Assembly (NCBI RefSeq): GCF_006345805.1
Contig: NW_021830463.1
Span: 5,087-69,086, forward strand
Direction of reading: 5' to 3'
DNA length: 64,000 bases
Source of the DNA: Octopus sinensis
Taxonomy: Eukaryota
Under the pieces are notes generated by a model. The model did not search any database, was not told where the DNA came from, and saw nothing but the letters and a program-made list of their open reading frames with translations. The position numbers and the translations under genes are program-made. Positions 51,999-64,000 of the stretch are shown piece by piece (position 1 is the first letter of the stretch; the number at the start of each line of letters is the position of its first letter).

Positions 51999-52930
51999 AG
52001 GACTACATATGTAATGTAATAATCGAGAATTACTACCAATTCTACGAAATCTGTTGATAAAGGAACTTTTCTTATAAAAGAGTGATTTATTAAAAAAGCC
52101 CCATATGAAATAAGAATTTCCAAGAAACAGTTCAAGACCGACAAGAAATAAAATATTTTCTTCGCATATTTTTGTGACAAATGGATGATTTTAGAGGTTT
52201 AAATTTGGTTATTAATATTTTATTGACACCAACGTTCTTGTTCTGAGGATTGGCTTATGCCTTCAGGGGCCCTGTTATGAGAAGTATGTTCCACAGATGC
52301 AAACCTGTGGGAATGCACTCTACTCCACTTGCTTGAATTTTCATATACTTCATTTTGCCTACACGCACAGGAGAACATGCAGAAACGTACACATCTGTGT
52401 GAGTGAGGAAATAATTGCTCTCTCCGCCACTTGATTTCTATGTATTGTGACCGTAGAAATTCCACCGACAGCATTGTATCGTTAGCTGACATCGGTGAGC
52501 ACCAGGTGATATTTCAGGTTTCAGGGTCCCAGCCGTGGTCATATTTTGATCCAGGACAGCAGCCACATCATGCGAGGCCCACCTACTACAGGGCACCTCT
52601 AGCAGATCGAAGGCCTGATCATTATGAAGCAGATCCCTTCTAGAGGAAGCAAATAAGTAGATGCTCCAGTCTGGCCAGACGCGAACAAATGTAACGCACT
52701 AAGCCAGGCGCTAGGTTATTACAGAAGTGAATTAGGCAGGCACCGGTTTTAAATTTTGACGAGAAAGCCAGTAATTTTAGGGAATTCAACACTAGTAGCA
52801 TTTGAGCTCGGGATACACCGAGCCAGAAGTAGTGACGCTGAGCACTTTGTCCGGCACAGAGAGAAATCTGCCAGCTCGCCAAATGTCATAATAATTCCTT
52901 CTACTATAGGCTCAAGGTCTGAAATTTTGA

Positions 52931-53459
52931 ATACCAATATAGCATAAAGCTATATATTTAATGGTACAAGTATATATGTGAACCGGTTCCTGGTATGATA
53001 TAGAAATCTTACCTTCCTCAACACATGTTAATCTTTTTAAATACTATCTGAATCTGCCACGTTGAAATTTGCTTGCCTCTTCAATCGCTTAGCACCAAAA
53101 TACAGACACCGTCAGTGTGAGAAGTACTAATCAACAGTAAAATATTCGGAAGTGAATATTTATAAGTTATTAATATTTCTATTATTATCAAAAGCAATAT
53201 AAATAGTTGATAATAACAGAAACATAAATATGGGTGGTTGTTGCAGGCCTAAAAAATAGCCTTATATATGCTAAAGAATTGAAATCATATTAATCATTAA
53301 AGTGTCTACCCGCTAGAAATAAGAGTGAAAACCCTTATTTGGATAGTATTTCAAAAGGTTAAGATGCGCTGAGGAACGTAAGATGTCTATATCAAACCTG
53401 GAACCGGTTCACATATATACTTGTACCATTAAATATAGGGCTTTACGCTATATTGGTAT
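52931..53459. mobile_element. MITE with long (~120 bp) imperfect TIRs, probable TA TSD
   Basis: ataccaatatagc..atttaatggtacaagtatatatgtgaaccggttcc at the left end is inverted at the right end. Confidence 0.75.
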
Positions 53460-53619
53460 ATGAGAGATATTTTTTCAATCTGCTAGTATAGTTTTGAATC
53501 TGTTGTTTTCAGTGATAATATTTTGGTGGTTTAAATGCGGAATTTGACTCTTATTTCTAGCTGGAAGATACTTTAATGTATCCTTATGATTAATATATAT
53601 ATATATATAATATATATAT

Positions 53620-53810
53620 TTGTACCCTCCACCATCGCTTGACAAACGATGTTGGTGTGTTTACGTTCCCCGAAACTAAAACAGTTCGGCAAAAGTGACC
53701 GATAGAATGAGTACTAGGCTTACAAAGAATAAGTCCTGGGGTCGTTTTGTTCGACTGAAGGTGGTGCTCCAGCATGGCTGCAGTCAAATGACTGAAGCAT
53801 GTAAGACAAG
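53620..53810 (+). mobile_element. SINE family 1, 3' half
   Basis: Homologous to the family tail. Confidence 0.75.
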
Positions 53811-54019
53811 AAAAATATATATTATTTTTGATATTTTGCATGGGTGATAGTATATTGTACCGACACCATTGCTCCACTGCTTGTTTTTTTTTTATGGACC
53901 CTTAAAAGACGAAAGGAAAACTCACCCCGGCAGGATTTGATCTTAGAACATAAAGATTCTGAGTTCTGCCTCCTAACCACCTGAATACTACTAGTATTTA
54001 TATTTGTTTCTGTATTGCT

Positions 54020-54558
54020 CTAAAGGTGCTAAACATAGAGAGGACAAATAAAGGGATTAAGTCGATTTCATCAACCCTAATGCGTAACTGGTACTTATTT
54101 AATCGGCCCCGAAAAATGAAAGGTGGAATTTGCACTCATAACGTAACGGCAGACAAACGGATTAAGTCGATTACATCGACCCCCAGTGCGTAACTGGTAC
54201 TTAATTTATCGACCCCGAAAGGATGAAAAGCAAAGTCGACTTCGGCGGAATTTGAACTCAGAACGTAACGTCAGGAGAAATACGGCTACGCATTTCGCTC
54301 GGCGTGCTAACGATTCTGGCAGCTCGCCGCCTTGTTTTTATATTCTTTTGTACTCTAGGCACAAGGCCCGAAATTTCGGGGGACGAGATCAGTCGATTAA
54401 ATCGCTCTCAGTAGGCAACTGGTACTTAATTTATCGAACCAGAAATGTTGAAAGGCAAAGTCGTCCTCGGCGGAATTTGAACTCAGAACATAAAGACGGA
54501 CGAAATACCGTTAAGCATTTCGCTCGGCGTGCTAACGTTTCTGGCAGCTCGCCGCCTT
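54020..54558 (-). mobile_element. Cluster of SINE family 2 copies
   Basis: Heads end at ~54331 and ~54557, with a further partial body upstream. Confidence 0.8.
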
Positions 54559-55869
54559 GTATTCGTATTGATAGCGACAATTTATGGTGCTAACCATTGT
54601 ATATTCATTTACTCGGACATTTGACATTTCAGAAACAGTACCCAAACACCCCCGAATGCACTTCCAAATTTAGAATGAGAAGATTAATCTACAATGAAGT
54701 CGCTGACATACAAAGTGACAGAATGGTCGTAAATAAAATGCTTCAGTTATTTCAATGTAGACTGGCTTGAACCTAAACATTTATGAAGTCAGTTGGTTTC
54801 AAGACATCATGGTTGCCACTGCAGCAGTGTGTTCTAATATCTCAGGATTTGGTTTTGTACATTTGGTACTGTAGAATGATCTGGTTGTGTGTTTGCACCC
54901 AGCATGTTGATTCGTTCGTTGGTTTGGCTGGTTGAGCTGAGATAATACGAGGAAAGAAATGAATAAAAACATATACTGTTGAAGCGAGAAATGCTTGGAA
55001 GTATATTTGTCTTAATAATTTTTCTATTATGCCATCTATAAACATCTTAGATAAATATATAGTGAGTTCGCTTTTAAAAACGGACGCAAGAACGCATACA
55101 GACAAGAAGACAGAAACAAACACTTTAATAGAGATATAGACACATACAACCAGATACGTAGAACTGCTGCGATATATATATATACATAAATGTGTGTTTT
55201 TGCGAGTGTATGTACTTGCGTGTGAGTGTGTACATACGTCTAGGGAAGGGCACAAATGAGGGGGTTTGTTATTATAAAAATTATTACAGACCTTACAGCC
55301 ATATGCACGTACACCCTTAACAATGTATATGCAGCCATGCTGAAGCACACGTAATCTCGTACACAATTTAGTTGTGTGTACGCATACGTCTGTGAGTTTA
55401 CGTGTACGAGCGTGGGAAAGGCCTAAATGTGTTTAAATATATATACACATATATATACTATAATATATATACATATATATATACATATAATATAATATAA
55501 TATATATATATATATATATCCCACCCATAACTTACCCGTATATATTGATACATTAAAAGAGTTTAAATGCCGTCTCATGCATTAATATTTTAAAGGAGTC
55601 AAAGAGGACAATTAATGTATATTTGTGTGCACATTATATATTATTTATGATATTTATTTATATTGATATACATAAATATTTATACATGTATGCATATGCA
55701 TTGCGGTATATTTATGCGTGTTTTTGGCTGTGCATGCATATTATATATATATATGTGTGTGTGTATGTGTGTGTATGTGTGTATGTATGTATTTAAGTAT
55801 ATATATATATATATATATGTTGTGTGTGTGTGTGTATGTGTGTGTATGTGTGTATGTATGTATTTAAGT

Positions 55870-55900
<31 letters not shown>

Positions 55901-56426
55901 ATGTGTGTGTATGTGTGTATGTATGTATTTAAGTATATATATATATATATGTGTGTGTGTCTGTATGTGTGTGTGTGTGTGTTTTTGTGTGTGTGTGTGT
56001 GCATATATATGTGTGTACATGTGTGTATATATATATATATACACACATATTTTATATCAGAATGATGGTTAAATATTCAGCGATGAGTGCGTTTTATTGT
56101 TCCTGGCAAAACGTAGACACACTGATACACGGAGACGCGCGCAGAAACGCACACACACACAAACACACACACATACACACACAGAAACACACACACATAT
56201 ATGCTGAAATATAAAAGAAGAATGGGAACGTGAAAGAAAAATAAAAACAACGTAATTTCAAATAAACGCGCAAAAAGACAAAAGAAATGGCAATAACTTA
56301 GATAATATAGGAATTCTTCGATCAATAATTCTGATAAATGAAGAACTGTCGTCAGAGGTGTACGTGTGCGTTTGCGTATGTATGTGTGTGTGCGCATGTG
56401 TGAACGCGCACATACATAAGCATATA

Positions 56427-56463
<37 letters not shown>

Positions 56464-57097
56464 GTATATATACATATATATACATTTATATATACATATA
56501 TATATTATGTATATATATTAAATATATATATATATAGTATATATATATACAGAGAGGGAGAGAGAGATGTATATATATATATATATATATCTATATACAT
56601 ATATATAATATATATACACACACATATATATATAATATATATATATATACATACATATATACATAAAAAACAATTATTATTCATATGCAATCTTCTTTCT
56701 ATAACAAATCAGTTAAAGAAAATACGAAAATAACATAGTATTAAAAACAAACCTATTGCCAGAAACATTAAGCTACTTAATGTTAACTGGAATGCAAGCT
56801 GGAAATGCTATGTAATATAATTGTTTTCGGGAAAAATATACCGATTCTCTGTTTTCTTGTAGACATTTTTGTTTCTATCCTTCACCATCTATTAACGACT
56901 CTCCCTCTATCCATGTCACTTCGTGTCTGCCTCTGTGTGTGCCTCTGCCGTAATATATTATTTCCCTTTACTACTCTGTATTGTTATGAATGCAGCAGTT
57001 GACATTGCATAATATAAATTATAATATATATATAATATATATTATAATATATATATATATATATAATACATTATATGCAATTTCTCTGTCGTTCCTG

Positions 57098-57152
<55 letters not shown>

Positions 57153-57513
57153 GAACAACACACAGATACGCAGTACGACGGAGACAGTACTCAACACACG
57201 CTATGGAGTATATTCTGATACAATGAAGAAGATGCGTCTTTGCCATCTGTCACCATCCAGGGTAGCTCCCTTGTTTGAAATTTCTGAGGCAAATATAGAT
57301 TAATGTGGATTGGAGCCTGAAATTTTGAAGCGAGGGAGTATGTGTGTGCATCGGTAATTAAATCACCGTTGACATATATATTCAGTACTATTTACCTTGT
57401 TTGTGTAACGCAGACATGTGCGTGTGCAAACACACACACACACACACTCACACGCACACGCACACACACACACACACCTACACACAAATTCAGTATTATC
57501 TTATATATACCCT

Positions 57514-58022
57514 TTTACTCTTTTACTTGTTTCAGTCATTTGACTGTGGCCATGCTGGAACACCGCCTTTAGTCTAAGAAATCGAGCCCGGGACTTATTC
57601 TTTGTGAGCCTAGCACTTATTCTGTAGTTCTCTTATGCCGAACCGCTAAGTTACAGGGACGTAAACACACCAGCATCGGTTGTCAAGCGATGTTGGGCGA
57701 CAAACACAGACACACAAACATATACTCGTGCATACATACATATATGCTTATATATATGTATATATATATATATGTTATATATACATACATGCATATATAT
57801 ATGTGTGTATGTGTGTGTGTATTATATATATATATATATATATATGTCATATATATATACGACGGGCTTCTTTCAGTTTCCGTCTACCAAGTGCACTCAC
57901 AAGGCTTTGGCCGCCCGAGGCTATAGTAGAAGTCCCTTGCCCAAGTTGCGACGCAGTGGGACTGAACCCGGAACCATATGGTTGGTAGGCAATCTACTTA
58001 CCACACAGCCGCTCCTGCGCCT
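57514..58022 (-). mobile_element. SINE family 1, full length
   Basis: Reverse-complement match ending in ctcctgcgcc. Confidence 0.85.
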
Positions 58023-58149
58023 ATGTGCAATTTTTGAGCATGTATGAGCATGCTAAAGGTTTTGCGTGTTTATTTTTAGCATTAGTAACATTTTCTACGC
58101 ATTTTCTTCGCCGTTCTTTTCTTCATCATAGGCAATACTTTAATATTCT

Positions 58150-58360
58150 TTTCTAATCTAGGCCCAAGGCCCGAAATTTTTGAGGGACCGGGCCAGTCGA
58201 TTAGATTGATCCCTGTACGCAACTGGTACTTAATTTATCAACCCTGAAAGGATGAAAGGCAAAGTCGACCTCGGCGGAATTTGAACTCAGAACGTAAAGA
58301 CAGAAGAAATACTGCTAAGCATTACGCCCGGTGTGCTAACGTTTCGGCCAGCTCGCAGCC
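58150..58360 (-). mobile_element. SINE family 2
   Basis: Reverse-complement match. Confidence 0.8.
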
Positions 58361-58789
58361 ATGCAGTGCTTTAATATTCAACGCAATACTGAAACCATTA
58401 AGGAAGTATATACCTAAACACTACATCTGGCTGGTATAGGGACTGTGTCGTTGTGGTTTATACTGCAACATTTAATAAAAGAAATCCGTTTCGCCCGGCA
58501 GAGATTTTCCATGGGACCACCTGTTAACAAATTTTCACATTTGTCTCTGTGAAACGCTCAATAGATAAATAATAGTGGACAAATAAATAAAGAACTGAAT
58601 GAATAAACAAATGAATAAATAAATAAACAAATAAATAAACAGCGGTGGTGCTCCAGCATGGCCGCGGCCTTCGGGCTAAAGCATTTTAAAGGATTTAAGG
58701 AAATACATAAATGCATAAATAAATAAGATGCTCATTTATTGCAGGTAACATTCGCAAAAACAAGAAATAAATTTCAGAAGCTTTTTATA

Positions 58790-59182
58790 GGCGCAGGAGT
58801 AACTGTGTGGTAAGTAGCTTACTTACCAACCACATGGTTCTGGGTTCAGTCCCACTGCGTGGCACCTTGGACAAGTGCCTTCTACTATAGCCTCGAGCCG
58901 ACCAAAGCCTTGTGAGTGGATTTGGTAGATGGAAACTGAAAGAAACCCGTCGTGTATATATACGTGTGTATGTGTGTGTGTGAGTATGTTTGTGTGTCTA
59001 TGTTTGTCCCTCCACCATCGCTTGACAATCGATGTTGTCCCCGTAATGTAGCGGTTCGGCAAAAGAGACCAATGGAATGAGTACTAGGTTTACGAAGAAT
59101 AAGTCCTGGGGTCGATTTGCTCGACTAGAGGCGGTGTTCCAGCATGGCGGAAGTCAAATGACTGAAACAAGTGAAAGAATAA
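58790..59182 (+). mobile_element. SINE family 1, full length
   Basis: Runs from ggcgcaggagtaactgtgtgg to gaaacaagtgaaaga. Confidence 0.85.
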
Positions 59183-60458
59183 AAAAAGAAAAGAAGCTAT
59201 TTCTTATGACCTGATGAAAATAAAACAAAAAGTCATTCATTTAACACTTTAAGGAATATAAATATGGTTTGTAGGACCACCTATAATATATAGGCGGACT
59301 AATATGTACTTCATTTTTAGACGTTACGATTTTCCTTGAGTGGGATTTTGTTTACATACTAGCGCATCAGGCAACCATGTAAAGACACCCACTTACAAAT
59401 GCCAGTAGAATATGGGATTTCTACCGAGCTATTCATTTAAAGAGACTTGGATCACAGATATATTAGAATATGCTCTTGTTTGTGGTATTTATATGGTACC
59501 TAGCTGAAGCTGCGAGGACTGTGCCATCTAAAGAAAGGAGGATGCGATTTCCTTTGAGGTTCAAGATGAAGTCATATTTTATTTTACGCAGCCCAGTTAC
59601 CCATCCATAAAATGTAGCTTCTGTAATCTGTCTCTAAGTTCGAAAGACTTAGTGCACATAAATATTTCATCTCCATGGCCCTACTTGTAGCTAGTCTTAA
59701 GACCTGCAGTAACGGCTAGTACAATTTGTTTTAGAAGTCACACAAAAACAGAAGCATCGGATATCAGACATATTCTTTCGCTTTCAAAACAAACGAGCTT
59801 ACTTCAGCCTGTCATATCGCGTTTCAATAGACTTAGAGACTTATATGTGTTGACAAAGCACTAAACTCTCAGCAAGGGATTAATTTTAGTATAAAGAGGC
59901 ACTCAGCTTAGTAGATTTTACATAGCTGTTGGTAGGTTTCACTGCGACTTACAATGCATATGTTTATGTATATTATCAGTAGTTGACGGAAACTCGGTTT
60001 CGCAACAAATGCAGACTTTGAAACCTTTCTAAGAGTATTAAAATTATTTAAATGTTTTTTTTTATTTATTTTGGATATCTATTTTATCGTGTTGAAAAAA
60101 CATGGGGAAGGCGTTAGTCCAAGAGGATGGCAGACATACGGTGGAAGGTGGGGATATTCGGTATATATGTTAGTTAAGGAACGGTGAGTTAGTTATACAC
60201 AAAAGGTGAGCAACGGAAGTATATGCAACCAGTTTTTTACAGATGGTGAATGGCATCTGGAGATATTGCATAAGACAATGGTAGTTCCGACAGGTACTGC
60301 AACGGAAAGGGAAAATTGTGGTACCTATATCTATCTAGATACCATAGCTGTAAATTCCCAAGTCACCTTGTTTTAGCTAGCAGACGTGTGTTATTGCGAG
60401 TTGCATTGCAATATGTGAAAAGGAAAACTGTTTCATCCTGTTCAGAAATGCATACCAA

Positions 60459-60709
60459 CATCATCATCATCATAGTTTAACGTCCGCTTTCCATGCTATC
60501 ACGGGTTGGACGGTTCGACCGGGATCTGGGAAACCAGGAGGCTGCACCAGGCTCCAGTCTGATCTGGCAGAGTTTCTACAGCTAGATGCCCTTCCTAACG
60601 CCAACCACTCCGTGAGTGCAGTGGTTGCTTTTTTGTGCCACCGGCACAGGTACCAGGGGAGGCTGGCAGCAGCCACGATCGGTTGGTGCTTTTTACGTGC
60701 CACCGGCAC
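60459..60709 (-). mobile_element. RTE-type LINE/SINE 3' end
   Basis: (CAT)n tail followed by gatgcccttcctaacgccaacc, a motif I recall from RTE 3' UTRs. Confidence 0.6.
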
Positions 60710-61049
60710 ACAACTTATAAAATTTGTGTCTGAACTACCAATTGCCCCTTGTAGAAAGAGATTCTTTATTAACCAGTTAGTAGGCATTTCAGTGGATGAG
60801 GTCCAAACGTGTAGTTCTCAAACTGACAAATACCAACCAGCCAGACTAACAAGACATCTTTTGGGATTTGTTTTTCATTTTTACATCCTTGTCTCTGCGC
60901 ATACTTATGAGAAGCCGACGAAAGATTTTATCTAATTAAGTTTGCTTTCTTCAACCATCTCAATTTTATAATGCATCACACTTCTTCCACCTGCTTTGCA
61001 ATCATCACTTATTCTGGGAGGGTTGACTTTCGCACTTATTTCTTTATTG

Positions 61050-61450
61050 ACCAAAAGGAGTTAAACACAGAGAGGACAAACAAGGACAGGCAAAGGAATT
61101 AAGTCTATTACATCGACTCCAGTGCATAAGTGCCACTTAATTTATCGACCCCGAAAAGATGAAAGGCAAAGTCGACCACAGCGGAATTTGAACTCAGAAC
61201 GTAACAGCAGACGAAATACCTATTTCTTTACTGCCCACAAGGGGCTACACACAGAGGGGACAATCAAGGACAGACAAGCGGATTATGTCGATTATATCGA
61301 CCCCAGTGCCTAACTGGTACTTATTTAATCGACCCCCGAAAGGATGAAAGGCAGAGTTGACGTCGGCGGAATTTCAACTCAGAACGTAGCCGCAAATGAA
61401 ATACCGCTAAGCATTTCGCCCGGCGTGCTAACGATTCTGCCAGCTCACCG
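61050..61450 (-). mobile_element. SINE family 2, dimeric
   Basis: Same dimer junction as 21711-22127 and 51600-51998. Confidence 0.8.
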
Positions 61451-62204
61451 CATTTGGAACAGACTGGCCAAGGTATTTATGTGTAATTAATAGGAGCAAC
61501 ACTATTGCTGATATGTGGACAGCAGTACTGTTACAATTAGGTATGTAAACGCTACAATTCACTTATAATCGGGTACAACTGGGACAAATATTGTACTTTC
61601 CTTTGATAGGTAACCACTAATTGGTCTTACCTTCCACGTTTAGCTTTTAGGCAAGTGTAATTGATGCGGCTTTTTACACGAAGACTTTCCAACTAGAAGC
61701 TTCTCCACTGATTTTCTTATATCGTATCATCGTTGTTAGACCTTCTTGAAATGGTGATTTAAAAGAAATTTCACTGCTCTTTCTATAAAAATCCATCTCC
61801 CTATATTCTTATATCCACAATCATTGGAACTTTCTTTATGCTTCAACACTTTTTGTTTGTCTTCTTTTCTGTATATATACCTGCATTTTCTATTTATATG
61901 TTCCTCCATTTTCTATATGACTTTATTCTTTAGCATTATACCCATTATATGCCTCTATTCTTTAGCATTGACAGTATACATCCTATGATACCGTTTCATA
62001 CTCATCACAGGCTCCACTTTGTTTTACATAAATTATACTCCTCTATTATCACAATTTCTAACACAAGTATACACAAATATTCTTTGTTTCGTATATAACT
62101 TATCCACATGTGTATCATATTTATCTGTACTCCTGAGTTTTTCCTCTGTATCACATAAACCCCTTATTTCTATCCACTTTATGTGCCTTTTCGTGTATCT
62201 ACTC

Positions 62205-62403
62205 TTTTACTCTTTACATGTTTCAGTCTTTGACTGCGGCCATGCTGTAGCACTGCCTTAGTCGGGCAATCGCCTCCAGGACTTATTGTTCGTAACCTAG
62301 TACTTATCTAATCGGTCTCTTGTCGACGTTAAGTTACAGGGTCGTAAACACACCAGTTTCGGTTGTCAAGTGATGTTTTGGGGACAAACGCTCACACACA
62401 CAC

Positions 62404-62438
<35 letters not shown>

Positions 62439-62612
62439 ATATAAATGTATATATATACATATATACGAAGGTCTTCTTTCAGTTTCGGTCTACCAAATCC
62501 ACTCACAAGGCTTTGGTTGGTAGAAGACACTTGCCCAACGTTCCACGCAGTGGGACTGAACCCGGAACCATGTGGTTTGTAAGCAGGCTACTTACCACAC
62601 AGCCACTCCTAC
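62205..62612 (-). mobile_element. SINE family 1
   Basis: Reverse-complement match. Confidence 0.78.
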
Positions 62613-62850
62613 ACTTTATGTGCATTTTTCTTGTATTTGTATATTATTTATATTTTTTCCTAACATAAAATCATTACTTTTTTTTTTTTTGCCCTTAACA
62701 TGCCGTGCAATATGTTTTTATATGCAACACAATCTTATATTTTGTTAACAACATGAACTCCAGTATTTTCTACAAAAACTCAATTCTTGTCTTTAATATG
62801 CCTTAAAACATATGGTAGGACACTTATAATAAGTCAATGTTAGGTACGCC

Positions 62851-63053
62851 AAGGGGCGAAGCTAGGGTGGTGCAAACAGGGCCCAAACCCTGGGCGCCAC
62901 TTTGGAGGAGGTTGCAATTTTGACCAAAATCATTTTCTAATTAATCCATTAAAAAAACAGTTATTTTTTTATGCGTGTTTTCGCTTTTTGGTTGGGTGGG
63001 GAGCGCAGTTTTGATGCTTGTCCTGGGCGACATGTACCCTAGCTACGCCCCTG
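62851..63053. mobile_element. hAT-type MITE (203 bp)
   Basis: 17-bp TIR (aaggggcgaagctaggg / ccctagctacgcccctg, 2 mismatches). Exact 8-bp TSD ggtacgcc at 62843-62850 and 63054-63061. Confidence 0.88.
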
Positions 63054-64000
63054 GGTACGCCACATCATTGAGAGTTGTGTTGCTACTCTCAAGTTGTTAA
63101 ATTTAAAATAGGTCTAATTATTTACAGTAACAGATACCCTCTTTTCTAGCGCAATCTATCCGGATACCTGATACACTTCAGACAACCAGAGTCTTTAGAA
63201 TCTACCGTAAGTGCTTTAAATGATATGGAAGGTGCTACGCTGTGAGGTCAATTTTGTGAGTTCGTAATTATCTAAAGATTTATTCATTCGCCCAAGTTAT
63301 AGCCACCTAGGACTATTATTGTATTAAGAGAAATATTTCAAATATACCAATTACATGTGATGTTAATTGTCTGCATAATGAAAATTATAGTTTTAGGCAA
63401 CTAAATTACAGGCATTTTAGTCAGAGAAGCAAAACCCCAAAATGTCTATACTAATGCTAGACTCAGTTTCTAAGCGCAAAGTTGGTTTGATGACACAGTT
63501 TTGACTTTATTCCTCTTCTACTTCCATACCAATTTCGACACCAAACATTTCATTGAAAGCACATTTCCAGAGTTTGTATAAATAACTACTACATATGGCG
63601 GTGTATCGGTACGGCCGTAGGAAAGGCATGGATGTCTGAAAGTACCATTTAGAATAATTTTGAAGAATATCAACCACAGTTTATATTGCTATTGTTGTCG
63701 TTACAGATTTTAGTATTATTGTTGGTATTGGTATTTTCGTTGATGCTAGAGTTGGGAACGATGATGTTGATGATGGTGATGAGGAGGAGAGTGACGATGA
63801 GGAAGATGAAGCGGATGGGGATGATGACTATATTTTTATATATGTATTTGTTATTTCCCTTTGTCAGTACACACTTTTATGCTCCAGTATATACACCGCA
63901 CTATCCTTTCTTTAACATCTCACTACGACAAAAACAAACACATAAATATACAAAACTTACAAATAAAATATATAACAAAATGAATTTAATGAAAAAAAAA

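Overview
AT-rich eukaryotic DNA saturated with microsatellites and interspersed repeats. From memory, the three SINE families look like those of Octopus; this was not verified by a search. I found no prokaryotic features, CRISPR array, rRNA or bona fide tRNA gene, and no host gene I can assign with confidence. Most ORFs in the supplied track are microsatellite translations. The main autonomous-type element is a young Penelope-like retroelement (PLE) at 9745-15686, inserted in (TA)n. It has an RT + C-terminal GIY-YIG ORF broken by one frameshift, a partial tandem copy and an inverted copy. The most interesting signal is 12 type-I hammerhead-ribozyme (HHR) motifs from 6 unrelated sequence families, found by manual folding. 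Nearly all have a palindromic stem III, sit in elements in or next to (TA)n tracts, and several have non-canonical cores. They include a 678-bp retrozyme-like element with two HHRs 397 nt apart, a ~445-bp near-perfect palindrome with an HHR on each strand, and a convergent HHR pair at 49.6-49.9 kb. Also present: a decayed Tigger/pogo transposon, a SINE apparently split by a ~4-kb inversion, a 5'-truncated R4/Dong-like LINE in (TAA)n, CR1 and RTE 3' ends, two Helitron-like elements, a hAT MITE, several foldback MITEs and about 30 SINE copies. All ribozyme calls are predictions and none has been tested.
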